Assembly: GCF_001194135.2 (NCBI RefSeq)
Contig: NC_068996.1
Location: 54,525,474 to 54,582,735, forward strand
DNA from: Octopus bimaculoides
Taxonomy: Eukaryota
Reading direction: 5' to 3'
DNA length: 57,262 nt
Position 1 is the stretch's first letter. Each line of letters opens with the position of its first letter. The position numbers and the translations under genes were made by a program. The notes beneath the pieces were generated by a model that saw nothing but the letters and a program-made list of their open reading frames with translations, ran no database searches and was not told the DNA's origin. Positions 1 to 12,564 of this stretch are shown here, piece by piece.

Positions 1-343
1 CTGTATAACTTTGAGCAGAGACTGTATAACTTTGACCAGAGACTGTATAGTTTTGAGCAGAGACTGTATAACTTTGAGCAGAGACTGTATAACTTTGAGC
101 AGAGACTATAACTTTGAGCAGAGACTGTATAACTTTGAGCAGAGACTGTATAACTTTGAGCAGAGACTATAACTTTGAGCAAAGACTGTATAACTTTGAG
201 CAGAGACTGTATAACTTTGAGCAAAGACTGTATAACTTTGAGCAGAGACTGTATAACTTTGAGCAGAGACTGTATAACTTTGAGCAGAGACTGTATAACT
301 TTGAGCAAAGACTGTATAACTTTGAGCAGAGACTGTATAACTA
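1..343. repeat. 21-bp minisatellite array (CTGTATAACTTTGAGCAGAGA)n, left block
   Basis: About 16 direct tandem units, with occasional 19-bp (CTATAAC) and CAAAG variants. Confidence 0.97.
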
Positions 344-665
344 ACAGTGGCTGTTATTTGTACGAAATGCTCAACATACCGAACGCCAGCTTCACATATT
401 CCTTTAATTCTGGAACTAAGCTGTGTTGTCATCACAGCGTTGCTTGTGCACTTAGCAATATTACCAGAGTTTTTTCCAATATCTCAACTAAAGTTTGTTG
501 TCAGTGATTATTAATGAGTGCATGAAACAAAAGATGCTACTATAAAATTGGAAAATTCCACAGGAATGAACTAATACGCTGAAAACTGGTTAATTAGCTG
601 ATGCACATCCGAGAAATGGCGTCTTTTTTTTCCTTAGAGACTGATATAGCATTTCTTGCTGGACA

Positions 666-738
<73 letters not shown>
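666..738. repeat. (TAG)n microsatellite
   Basis: Perfect trinucleotide run. Confidence 0.97.
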
Positions 739-1036
739 TACGAAGATATGATTATAGACGATAGTATCCTTTCGAGTTAAGTCCCTTGCTATAAACTTGT
801 AACGCTGTTTCAAAGTTCAGCGCTTTATGTTCGAGATGTGACAGATTCAAATAGTTCAAGAGATAACAGATTTTACGAGAATGCAGAGTTTGTTGAGGTG
901 TGAGATACCAGCTATAAAATAATCCAGCGTGTGAAAGCCGTGTCTAAATTCTGAAATGCCATTTGATGATTGATAAGAAATTGCTTAGAGTTTTTTCAGA
1001 ACATAGGGTTCTATCCATATTTGATTTGCTGAATAA

Positions 1037-1396
1037 ACTGTATAACTTTGAGCAGAGACTGTATAACTTTGAGCAGAGACTGTATAACTTTGAGCAGAGA
1101 CTATAACTTTGAGCAGAGACTGTATAACTTTGAGCAGAGACTGTATAACTTTGAGCAAAGACTGTATAACTTTGAGCAGAGACTGTATAACTTTGAGCAG
1201 AGACTGTATAANNNNNNNNNNTATAACTTTGAGCAGAGACTGTATAACTTTGAGCAGAGACTATAACTTTGAGCAGAGACTGTATAACTTTGAGCAGAGA
1301 CTGTATAACTTTGAGCAAAGACTGTATAACTTTGAGCAGAGACTGTATAACTTTGAGCAGAGACTGTATAACTTTGAGCAGAGACTGTATAACTTT
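1037..1396. repeat. 21-bp minisatellite array, right block (same unit as 1-343)
   Basis: Same unit and the same variant types; contains a 10-N gap. Confidence 0.97.
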
Positions 1397-1624
1397 AGCC
1401 CATAACATAATACATCAATTACTAAAGTGACGTAGATTTACAATATGATATTGACAACTTCACTCCGTTTACAGTTGAGACCAACATTTCTGACACTGCT
1501 CTAGCAGAAACATCATCACGATGAGGGCATCCTAAAAGTGATCAGTTGTACTTATTCAGAAGGAATCGACCGCAATTGTTGAAAGCTTACGTAACTATCG
1601 ATACTGACGTCTAATAAGATACAT

Positions 1625-3960
1625 TACACTTATTGCAGACTAACAAAGCGTCCGATTTCTGTAGATGCAGGTGAAGAATTAGGAGTAGATGAATGACATG
1701 ATGGAGTAGAAATAACCTGATGAGACGTTCCAGATGTCTGATCGCTTTCCAAATAGGATTACTTCAGTTCATCTAAGCTGTAATAGACATTTCCCGCATG
1801 CATCAACATTGAAGTACTTGGATGTTGTCTGAAGCACTTTAAATATGTGATCGTAGTGGCTTTTGAATCTCATCATTACGGACAAAGACATGTGACCATT
1901 GTTGATTGTTGTTTCATACATGAGTGATAATTGTTTGTGATCAAGAAGCGACTGGACATGTAGGTTCGAAGTCGGTGTACATAAATCGTTGGATCGGGGA
2001 CATTCTGAAAAGGGACAGGCACAATCTTCAGCCATATGTTGTCAAAGTATTATTATACACAACTTTAAGGCGGCAATCTGGCATAATCGTTAGCACGCCG
2101 GACTCAGCGGTATTTCGTCTGTCTTCACATTCTGAATTCAAATTCCGCCGAGATCGACTTTGTCTATCATCATTTCCGGATCGATGAAATAAGTACCAGT
2201 TGATTAGTGAGGTCGATGTAATTGACTATTGCCCTCCCCCAGATTTCAGGCCTTGTGCCTATTGTAGAAAGTATTATTATACACATGTTTGGTTGTTGGA
2301 TAAACGACTCTCTTCATAACCGTAAAACGCGTTAAAACCAAAGGTAAGTATTTTAGCCAACTACTACCGTCGAAGTACACTTTGAGAGCAAATCTGAAGG
2401 AATAGCTCAAGTGTATCATTGACCGCAGAGTGGCAAGAGATTTTGCGTATCCATTTACAGCCCAGGTGACATGTCAGTTCGTTGAAGAGGTTAGATTCGA
2501 ACCGACCATCGAGATTGCAAAAGGCATGCTGAATCGTGCAATCGGATGTGGACTCAATGCTCTTGATAATTGCTTCTGTTGATAGAGAACCGATCAATGC
2601 AGGTCAATGACTGCTATAACGAAAAGCTGAAAATGCGCGTCAAGTGCTGCGAGAGTGCCAAGCAGTGATCTTACAGTTTGAAACGACTTTAGTCTTCTGA
2701 CAAGTGATGCACTACCAAACCCATTTCGAAGTATCTTTTTTGATGTAGGCCCAAAGAAATCAATCCAATATCAACTTACTTGTAAAAAATAAAATAGTGT
2801 GTTGAAAACTGCATGTTGATACTTTAGTGATACACAGGATATATCAAGTATATCTCGTAGAAGAGAGAAGAGGTAGAAGCCGAAATGACAAAGAATTCCG
2901 TAAACGTTGTATTTCTTCATCCTGTGGCGGGACAGCTGCAATTTGTGGTAAATAACGGACGCAGAAGCGTGTAGAATACTTATGTGAATACGAGAATGAG
3001 CATCAGTTGCGGTGTTAATATCACCCTTGATATACCTAATATCAGTAATTCATTAAACTATGTAATCAAGACGACGAATTTCGCGAAGAGTTTCGGTTAG
3101 ATCTAGATCTCAAAACAAATTCGAGAGGTTTGTGATTCATGTGAATGGAGAAAACGTAGCGTTCCAGTTGACAGTGGAAAAATTCATTTCCGAGGTAAGC
3201 TGTCAAAAATTGCTCGCTCAAAACTACTTTGTTTCTGCTGGCTGCAGGTGCTTATAGAAGAATAAGTGGTATTGCCGACCAATGTCCACTAACAATTTTG
3301 GACATATCTACTGTCCTACTCTGACTCTGGATGTGTCCATTAACAAACAAAACGGAGCATTGGGCTTAGGGTGAGCTGTCATGGCTGTATCGGCCAACAT
3401 TTTCCTGGCTTCTCGGATGATGTTTGGAGCTGTGACATCCAGTGTAGTTAATTGATTCTTCTTTAGGCGTTTTAGAGAAAATCCGTGAGTGGTTTGGTCG
3501 TTTCAGTATTGTCGATAAAAACTGATCAGATCTAGGAATACCCTCAATTTCTGTACTGATATAAGAATGAGAAACTTGAGAATTGATTTCCTTTTTCAGT
3601 GGTAAAGGAGAATTTTTTTTTTTTAATCCAAAGATGTAAATGATGCAACTGCACAATGACATTTACTAGGGTTAATAATCTCACCATATTGGGTAAGACG
3701 GTCAAAAAGGTTCAGAAAGATATTTTTTATGACTCTTTTCCGATGGAGTTGTGACCAACAGATCCTCGACGTTGGTCTCGACAAAAGTACAATAGATCAC
3801 AGATGACTTTTGTCGATGAAATACTTAAACAGCTGTGCCTCGTTACGATAATTGAAGAACATACGTAAAATTTCAAATAGTCCAAAAGTTGTGACGATAA
3901 TAGTTTTCATGATATCCAAAGAATTCAAGAGCAATATTATTAGAGACTCGAACAAAGCAT
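1625..3960 (-). mobile_element. Degenerate Ty3/Gypsy LTR-retrotransposon pol (RT-RNaseH-integrase)
   Basis: Frameshifted motifs in Gypsy order. RT: KT..VTTFGLFEILRM, NVEDLLV (YVDD-like), DRLTQYGEIINPSKC. RNase H: AHPKPNAPFCLLMDTS, DIRYIKGDINTATDAHSR. Zinc finger: KW..CITCQKTK. Integrase core: GRFESNLFNELTCHLGCK. C-terminal: YDHIFKVLQTTSKYFNVD. Confidence 0.9.
2067..2267 (+). mobile_element. tRNA-derived SINE (family A, head AAGGCGGCGAGCTGGCAG) inserted in the Gypsy pol
   Basis: tRNA-like head, TAAGTACCAG...GGTCGAT core; flanked by the 18-bp direct repeat AAAGTATTATTATACACA (2044-2061 and 2268-2285). Confidence 0.85.
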
Positions 3961-4039
3961 TTTTCATTTGGGAGATTATTGTCGGGTTAATCAGTATAAA
4001 TATAAAATCTAATTCTTGATTGGTACTATATTCTTTTCT

Positions 4040-4463
4040 ACTCTAGCCACAAGGGCCGAAATTTATGGGGATGGGGCCAGACGATTTGATCGACCCCAGT
4101 ACGCAACTGGTACTTAATTTATCGACCCCGAAAGGATTAAAGGTAAAGTAGACATTGACGGAAGTTGAACTCAAAACATAAAAACAGACGAAATACAGCT
4201 AAGCATTTTGCCCGGCGTGCTAACGTTTCTTATTTCTTTACTGCCCACAAGGGACTACACACAGAGGGGACAAACAAGGACAGAGAAACGGATTAAGTCT
4301 ATTACATAGAGCACAGTGCGTAACTGGTACTTATTTAATCGACCCCGAAAGGATGAAAGGCAAAGTCGACATCGGCAGAATTTGAACTCAGAACGTAGAG
4401 GCAGACGAAATACTGCTAGGCATTTCGCCCGGCGTGCTAACCACTCTGCCAGCTCGCCGCCTT
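4040..4463 (-). mobile_element. Two tandem family-A SINE copies
   Basis: Reverse complements of the family-A head and core at about 4040-4230 and 4232-4463. Confidence 0.85.
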
Positions 4464-5493
4464 CTTGACTAGTATTATATTGTTGCCACTAACTTTAGCT
4501 TCATTTACTTTTTTTAGTTCTTTGTTTTTATTGTTGTTGTTGTTGTTAAGGAAGGTGAAAATCGTGATCCTTTAATAATTGATGTACCTCAAAACTGGGT
4601 GAGTTTTTCTTTAGTTAAACCGGATGCTGAGCTGTGGCATCATTCATTGAATATAGTCTTAAGTATATGGATCTCTTATTTCTGATAGCAGAGCCTATAA
4701 CGTTAAATTATTCCGTTAGACACCATTTCAGTGTTGTCAACATGAAGCCATTCGCCGACAGTGCAATTAGATATATACTAGAAAATTGTTTCTCTTCGGT
4801 AGCTAATATTTTGAAAATTCGTATCATATATATAGAGACACAGTTAGGATGGACAGAGGTGTTCTATTGGGGGATGACGGAGATTAATCGTGAAACCGGT
4901 CAGTATTTAATCCAGACCCAGCATAATTCTGATAAGGGGAAGTCAATACTACCTCGTCGACATCATAGTTGTGAATAAAATTGAAAGTGTGTTGTGTGCG
5001 CGTGTATGTGTCCGCGTGTGCCTTTGTGTATCACGAATCAAATATTTAAGTAATATCACTTTATAAATACATTCATAATTATGTGCTTTGATTATTTTCA
5101 TGGTATAACTACTTATGTTTAGCTACTAAATGCATCTATATAGATCTGGTGTATACCACAATCAATTCATGACATTTTTTTTTCTTTTCATTTATAGGCA
5201 ACTTGATTTTTCTCCTCCTCCTCCTCCTCCTCCTCCTCCTCCTNNNNNNNNNNTACCTTCCTCCTCCTCCTCCTTCTCCTCCTCCTACCTTCCTCCTCCT
5301 CCCCCTCATCCTCATCCGCTCATCGTTTACTAAATATTCCCTTACTAATGTATTCTTATTACCTTTTACATAAAACACCCGCATCATCTTCATTATATTA
5401 TGTAGCAAGTAAACTAATATCCTGTACAAACGACATCTGTCAGTTTGCAGTATCTACTCACTGCATTGTGTTGCTCCCACACACAAGCACACA

Positions 5494-5528
<35 letters not shown>

Positions 5529-7288
5529 GTGTTTGCAAAATACATGTCGTAGCTTGCAAATCATATTCAAGCTGGTATATGTTTCTGCTCATAATTCCAT
5601 ATCCTAATACTCTCCAGCCTAAACAACAACGTATTTTCTTTTTTACATTTTTTCTCTCTCTCTCTTCAATGGCTTTCACTTTTTATTCACGCTTCTCTGT
5701 TTGTTAAGACGGTTTATTACATTTTCACCTTTTCTCTCGATATTTAAATTTTATATTTCTGCTATATAGCATTTTACTCCCCGTGGGACTGATATCCATT
5801 TACATGATTTCATCAGCCATCGACGCTATATTAGGTTACATGCTTTAAAGCTACAAACATCGCAGTAAAAATTTATGTTGGTTTCCATGAGCGCTCTTGT
5901 ATGTGCGCGTATCTAAGCGTGCATACATGTATTTATGCATTTTTTATATGTTAGCTTCAGTAAAACCTCTTTTGTGTTGATCGTAGAGAAGTTTAACGTG
6001 TTAATCTGAGTTTAAACTGCAACAATCCTCATGAGAAATAACACATGCTGAGATAGCTTTATGATCATTAGTGTTATCTATCACCATTTCAACATTTCAC
6101 CAATTCTCAAGACCGGATCGTCACCCTGATGGTCTTTCTAGAAATATCGATCGTAACTCGAAATAGACCAACTGTTCCACACGATGAACTTTCAAATGAA
6201 AGCAACACTAACGACAATAGTAACGACAATGTACAGAAGCAGGACAATTGAAGTAACCACAGCAATATCATAGAGAACAATAGCGAAAGTATTTGCCATT
6301 AATGATATATGTTAGTATTACTGCAGGTAAATAAGAACGGGTACATAAAAGCATATAAATGAGGAATAATAAAACATTCTGGACACACAAAAAATATGAT
6401 GAAGAAATTAAATTTATCGCGGGGGAAATCTGACAACCGTATATCCGATAGCTTGTAGCTTTTAGTGAAACATCATAAATACTACCGTATAACGTAACCG
6501 GAGAGGTTTGGACAAGATACCATACAGCTAATACTTACGAATTTATGCAGTTTATATTGGTATTAATAGGGTTTATTTTTATAATATAAATATTTTTACA
6601 AATTAGCTGATTCTTTAATGGCGCTAATGGTCTTCATATATAAATGACATGAGACCTAAAATTAATTAAGAATCTTAGAATTTAAAGCAGAAAAACAATT
6701 TCATTATTCAAGACAAATGAAAAGTCAGTAAGAGACTTTATATCGCTAAACAATAAATCTACATAATAGATGAGACGCATTAAATTAATAAAATAACTGC
6801 ATATCTGAGATTAAATATAATTAAAATGGTAAGAAAATTTTATTATCTGAATTGGAGTCTGATAAATAGTTTTAAGGAAGTTTTGTTTATCTTATGTCTC
6901 GACAAAGACCAATTTTAAAAATTAGCATTTATTAGAGATTTTTACGGTTACCTGCAAATTATTTGGTCATCATAACTTTGATGTTCCGATGTCTATGGTC
7001 ATTTTATGTCTTGTTCCCTAACCAAAAAACAAATTCCTTTCGCCAGTATCTATGGCCTTTGCAGACTCTTCTAGACTGGTGAGATTGATATGGCTAAGTT
7101 TTCTCTTCAACTGTTTCAAGTCGATGGTTGCAGAAAAAACGAAGACCGAATTTCTGGGAAGGAAAGCTGGGTGTAGTGGTTAGTGCAAGAACTAAAGATT
7201 GACAATATGTTGTTAAAAAGGAGAGATGTGCATAAGTGGAGGTCGCTGAAAACTAACCAGCTCCGAAGAACAGAAGCCACAGTAGTAG

Positions 7289-7350
<62 letters not shown>

Positions 7351-8874
7351 ACACACACACACAGGGTTGCTATTTATGATGTCTCTAGGAGGAGCAGTAT
7401 TTCTGTTGTAGATGTGAGAACTACTTTATTATAAGTCTCACCTGAGTTTTGTAGAGAGGTGACTAGTAGCTGAGCAGGTTAAAGAATTTTCCGACTTTGA
7501 AGAGGAAGGACACTTTTGGGGAAGCAGACTTTTCTATGTTAAGGATGCATGTACCTTCCTCAGAGGAAGGTACGGTGAAGTATAACATTCGTAATGGTCT
7601 TGAGGCAGGATACGTGTTAGAGTGGACTTTCTGCTATTTTGTTGTTTTATGAAGCGATTGCGTCGTTGTGCTCTTGAAGGGGACAATATTGTTATGACTC
7701 TATTGGGGGATATTTTGAAGGTCTGCAAACTTGAAGTATTTAGGCTATATGTAATGATACTTGAATAAATATCACAGTTAATGAAACAAAAATTATAGAT
7801 ATTAACGTATCCATCAATTCAATACTTTACAATTCACTCTCTTTTTCTTTCTCTCTCTTTCCCTCTCCCTCTCTCTCTTTCCCTCTTCCTCTCTCTTTCT
7901 CCGTCACTCTTGTTGTCTGCCTATCTCTTTATTTATCTATGTTTTGCACACATATGATGTGGGCTGTTAATATTCAACGAAACATTAGGCATTTTGAGAC
8001 TGCCGAAATGGGTTGCACTCTGTACAGATTGCTGTTTCCTTTTTTGGGGGGAGGTGGGGTAAGGTCTTTTTTTTTCGAAAGGGGCATGAAGATGTCGTTG
8101 TTGCTTTTAGCTCCAGGTTAGCTTTGGCAGAGCAGACATGATCAAAAGAATTCCAGTCATAACCATTTCCACAGTTTTTGTTTTTCATGACATGACCCAC
8201 ATTATTCAAAGACGCTTGCATAGCTGCATGCTTAAGAAGCTCACTGTACAACAGCGTGGTCCTGGGTTCGATTTTTTCTGCGAGGTACCTCGAATGAGTG
8301 TCTTCAAATATAATCTCAGATTAACCAATAACTTGTGAGTGAAATTTCGTTATTTAAAATTGTGCAGAAACACTGAGTATGTGAAACTAATAAACTCTAC
8401 TGGGGTTCACAGTGCAATACTGGAAAATATTTTTTCAGTTCTTTTTAAGATGTAAAATTTCATGTGAAGATGATTTAGCTGCTATTTTTTGGAGGTGAAA
8501 TGGCTACATTGAAATTTCCACTCTGGATCACTACCAGAAGAAAAGAGCTCGCTGAAAACTTCTTTGGTCAAGCATAAAACTAATTTTGATGTGGAGAAAT
8601 ATATAACCAATTGAATTTAATTCGATATTTTAATATTGTTTAATTTAATGAGCTGATGAGTTGAAAATCAAAATTATCTTTCAAGCCCTTTAGGTATTTG
8701 CACTCAGAACAATGGAGTACTAAGTTGGAAACAATAAAACAGTTCAGTTTTAACTTTTAAATTTATTTCTATAGATTTTCTATAAAATTTAAAGCCAGCA
8801 CTGAAAGTTACGTTTTGTAAGCGAATACGTCAATGTAAACAATGCGATCGAAAATAGAAACAAATATGTAATGG

Positions 8875-8920
8875 ATGTATACGCATATTTCAAGATTTAT
8901 TGCTCTTTCATCAGTACCAC
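8875..8920 (-). ncRNA. Possible degenerate minimal hammerhead ribozyme
   Basis: Minus strand CTGATGA-AAGA(gcaataaa)TCTT-GAAA-TATGCGTAT. Core and stem II intact; stems I and III imperfect. Confidence 0.3.
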
Positions 8921-9379
8921 ATCAAAGCCATTAACATTGCTTAAATACTCACAACTGGATAGATCAATTTACATTTTCAAATACATTCCTGACAATTGGT
9001 GTTAGTCCAGTGTTTTACTGCATCTCTAACAGACTATGACAAATCTTATGCTTAACAACTATCCTTTAGGTAGAAAATTATTTGAGAACAAAATCACGGC
9101 TAAACAGATTTAAGTATAGAGTGGCCCAAATGCCATGCTATCATTAAATACATGTATGTGTGTATGTATGCATGTATGTACGTACGTATGTATGTATGCC
9201 AAGAAGAGATGAGAGTAGTAACTATTCTATCAAGTAAAGTCAATTGCCACATCAAAGTGGCTGTTCCATGTTACTAGTTTAACCCTAGGCAGATCTTCTG
9301 CTGCACCCTTTATATACAATATATATTACTAGTAGGGGGAGCGAACCCCTACCATCCTCTAGCAGACAACAGGATCATG

Positions 9380-9424
9380 AGACTGACTCAGTTTCGAGCA
9401 GCTTGGCTCATCCTCAGTAGTGAG
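9380..9424 (-). ncRNA. Minimal type-I hammerhead ribozyme candidate
   Basis: Minus strand CTGAGGA-T-GAGC(caagct)GCTC-GAAA-CTGAG-TC/AGTC. GUC triplet with predicted cut between 9385 and 9384; stem I weak. Confidence 0.5.
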
Positions 9425-9578
9425 CACTTGGCCCTAAAGTGATAGCCAGGGTCCACACCAGCCGGCAGTATATTGCAAACAAAGTGACCATTGGTCACTG
9501 ATTTGCAACAAGTAAAATAACTAGTTGTAAAATGTCGAGAAGAAATCAGAGTAGTAACTATACTAACAAATAAAGTCA

Positions 9579-9624
<46 letters not shown>

Positions 9625-9739
9625 NNNNNNNNNNAGAAAGGAAGACAGAGGAAGAAAATCGCCAACGATTCACATGTGGCTATCTATATATATATATATA
9701 TATATATATAGGAAAATTTTTTAATGGAGACAAGCGCTT

Positions 9740-9880
9740 AAGATGTTATTAAATCATTTATATCTTCATATCATCGACATATGTTTCGATGGATGCACTC
9801 AAAGTACATCCAACAGGATGAATAATGATCAGCGATGCATCAATCTCCTAAGGGAGGGTATAAACAACACCGATCATCAA
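9740..9880 (-). mobile_element. CR1/L2-like RT remnant
   Basis: Translation ...TLSASIETYVDDMKI, resembling the YADD motif. Confidence 0.45.
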
Positions 9881-10154
9881 ATAGACATTTTAAGATATAT
9901 AAGAAACCACAGAAACTGTCACAGATATAAATATGCATTTGCACACATGCATGCACACACACATATACGCATATACATATACACACACATATATATATCT
10001 ATATATATATCGCCCAGAGATTTATTATATATATATATATATATTTACATACATACTTGGAAATGGATGCGTTGCGTTCAATTAAATAATAAATAATATA
10101 TATATATGGTTATGGATTCGTTGCGTTCAACTAAATACTAAATAATATACATAC

Positions 10155-10203
<49 letters not shown>

Positions 10204-10383
10204 TGAATGTTTGAAATGCGAAGTAGATAGACAACTGACAACTGATGAAGTGTTCTTTCTCTGTGTTTACTTGTCCTGTTTTCCATTTTTTTTTCTCCTG
10301 TTGTTTACGTATTTCATGTTATTTGCAACGTTGGTGACGTCCTGTACCCATATATGTATGTATGTATGTNNNNNNNNNNAAAT

Positions 10384-10475
10384 AGACCTATGTACATTTC
10401 GATAGAACATCCAGAATGATTAATACATATCATAAAATATTATAAAATATAGGATACTCCATCTCCTCAGGGTCC
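10384..10475 (-). ncRNA. Type-I hammerhead ribozyme with palindromic stem III
   Basis: Minus strand: stem I GACC/GGTC; core CTGAGGA; 12-bp stem II GATGGAGTATCC/GGATGTTCTATC (3 G-U pairs); GAAA; stem III palindrome ATGTACAT; AUA triplet with predicted cut between 10389 and 10388. Confidence 0.75.
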
Positions 10476-12564
10476 CATTATTATTGCTATCATCACCGTC
10501 ATTATTATTAGCAATACACATCCAAAAAAAACAGAAACCATTCAAATCTAATTTCCATAGTTGACCCATGAAAATATACAAAACAGGATGAAAAAGTAAT
10601 AGATGGCACCCAACTTTCCATCCCACATGTGCAATGAACCAGCAAACGGTAAATTTACTCAAATCTAAACCTAAAAATTTTATATTATAAGTTTCAGTTA
10701 CTGTTCAATTTAGAACGCTATAAGATCCGTTAGAGCAATAATCATCAAAATAAATATCAAAATATCTTTGTTATTATTATTATTATTGTTGTTGTAATAA
10801 AGTATTTTCAACGGATCAATTTTGAGCTCTATTTAAAGTTGATATATATATATACAAAAACTCAACTGTGAGTTTTTTGCTAAGATTGTTAACAGATACT
10901 ATATTTTTTACCAAATTTTTGTTAAAAAAATATATATTTAACATATATATATATATATATANNNNNNNNNNNNNNNNNNNNNNNNNNNNNNNNNNNNNNN
11001 NNNNNNNNNNNNNNNNNNNNNNNNNNNNNNNNNNNNNNNNNNNNNNNNNNNNNNNNNNNNNNNNNNNNNNNNNNNNNNNNNNNNNNNNNNNNNNNNNNNN
11101 NNNNNNNNNNNNNNNNNNNNNNNNNNNNNNNNNNNNNNNNNNNNNNNNNNNNNNNNNNNNNNNNNNNNNNNNNNNNNNNNNNNNNNNNNNNNNNNNNNNN
11201 NNNNNNNNNNNNNNNNNNNNNNNNNNNNNNNNNNNNNNNNNNNNNNNNNNNNNNNNNNNNNNNNNNNNNNNNNNNNNNNNNNNNNNNNNNNNNNNNNNNN
11301 NNNNNNNNNNNNNNNNNNNNNNNNNNNNNNNNNNNNNNNNNNNNNNNNNNNNNNNNNNNNNNNNNNNNNNNNNNNNNNNNNNNNNNNNNNNNNNNNNNNN
11401 NNNNNNNNNNNNNNNNNNNNNNNNNNNNNNNNNNNNNNNNNNNNNNNNNNNNNNNNNNNNNNNNNNNNNNNNNNNNNNNNNNNNNNNNNNNNNNNNNNNN
11501 NNNNNNNNNNNNNNNNNNNNNNNNNNNNNNNNNNNNNNNNNNNNNNNNNNNNNNNNNNNNNNNNNNNNNNNNNNNNNNNNNNNNNNNNNNNNNNNNNNNN
11601 NNNNNNNNNNNNNNNNNNNNNNNNNNNNNNNNNNNNNNNNNNNNNNNNNNNNNNNNNNNNNNNNNNNNNNNNNNNNNNNNNNNNNNNNNNNNNNNNNNNN
11701 NNNNNNNNNNNNNNNNNNNNNNNNNNNNNNNNNNNNNNNNNNNNNNNNNNNNNNNNNNNNNNNNNNNNNNNNNNNNNNNNNNNNNNNNNNNNNNNNNNNN
11801 NNNNNNNNNNNNNNNNNNCGGCGGTGGTGATAGTGGAGGCGGCGGTGGCAGCGGAGTTGGTGGTGGTGGTGGTGGTGGTGGTGGTGGTTAGTTGCGGGCT
11901 AACCACCCGGCAATTCAACCCCCATTGAGTACATCTATAATAATCAAAAGTATTGCAAGTATAACCATACCGTCTATTTAGGGAAAAATCGGAACCGTTA
12001 TTATATAAGGTGTTCTTCTGGCATTAAGAAGCGGTATTTGAGAGAAATTTAGACGCAATTTGAGAAGAATTTAGCCGTTTTTTTTCTAACAGATCAAATG
12101 ACTATATAAATATTCCCTCATTGGCCCATGGGTATACGTAACTATTTTTTTTTTAAAACTGGATACGCGAAATGGTCTCTGCTTCATTGAAAAAATGTTC
12201 TTTACTAACACTTCCTGGCAGTCATCATGGTGATAAAGGTAATCTCTTCATAAAAGCTATAAAATCCTCTTTTGGGCGGACATCTTAAATATGTGAAGAC
12301 GTCGCATTCTTAGATTATGTGTGTTAATACTGCCACGACTACGGAAACGCGTAGTCACTACTTTCTATCGCCGTTCACGTACAGCAATGATGTCCCTAAA
12401 GAGGAAGATTATTTTGGTGAGGAGGGAAAAATTTATGTGGACGATATGGAAGTTAACCACCATTAGTTTATCACAAAGATGATGAACATCTATAACCGAC
12501 CCCTCCCTTTTCTTTTCCTTTTATTTTTTCTCCTGTTTGTTTCTTGAAATTTAAACGTGATAAT

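Noticed and set aside
1-1408. ORFs of 72-154 aa and a CRISPR-like appearance in the 21-bp arrays
   Set aside because: The ORFs are translations of an in-frame 21-bp tandem repeat. There are no unique spacers and no cas genes.
10420-10662. Hydrophobic minus-strand ORF with an AG acceptor (GLDLSKFTVCWFIAHVGW...) as a possible exon
   Set aside because: No recognisable homology or good donor site. It runs into a hammerhead motif, so it is more likely part of a repeat.
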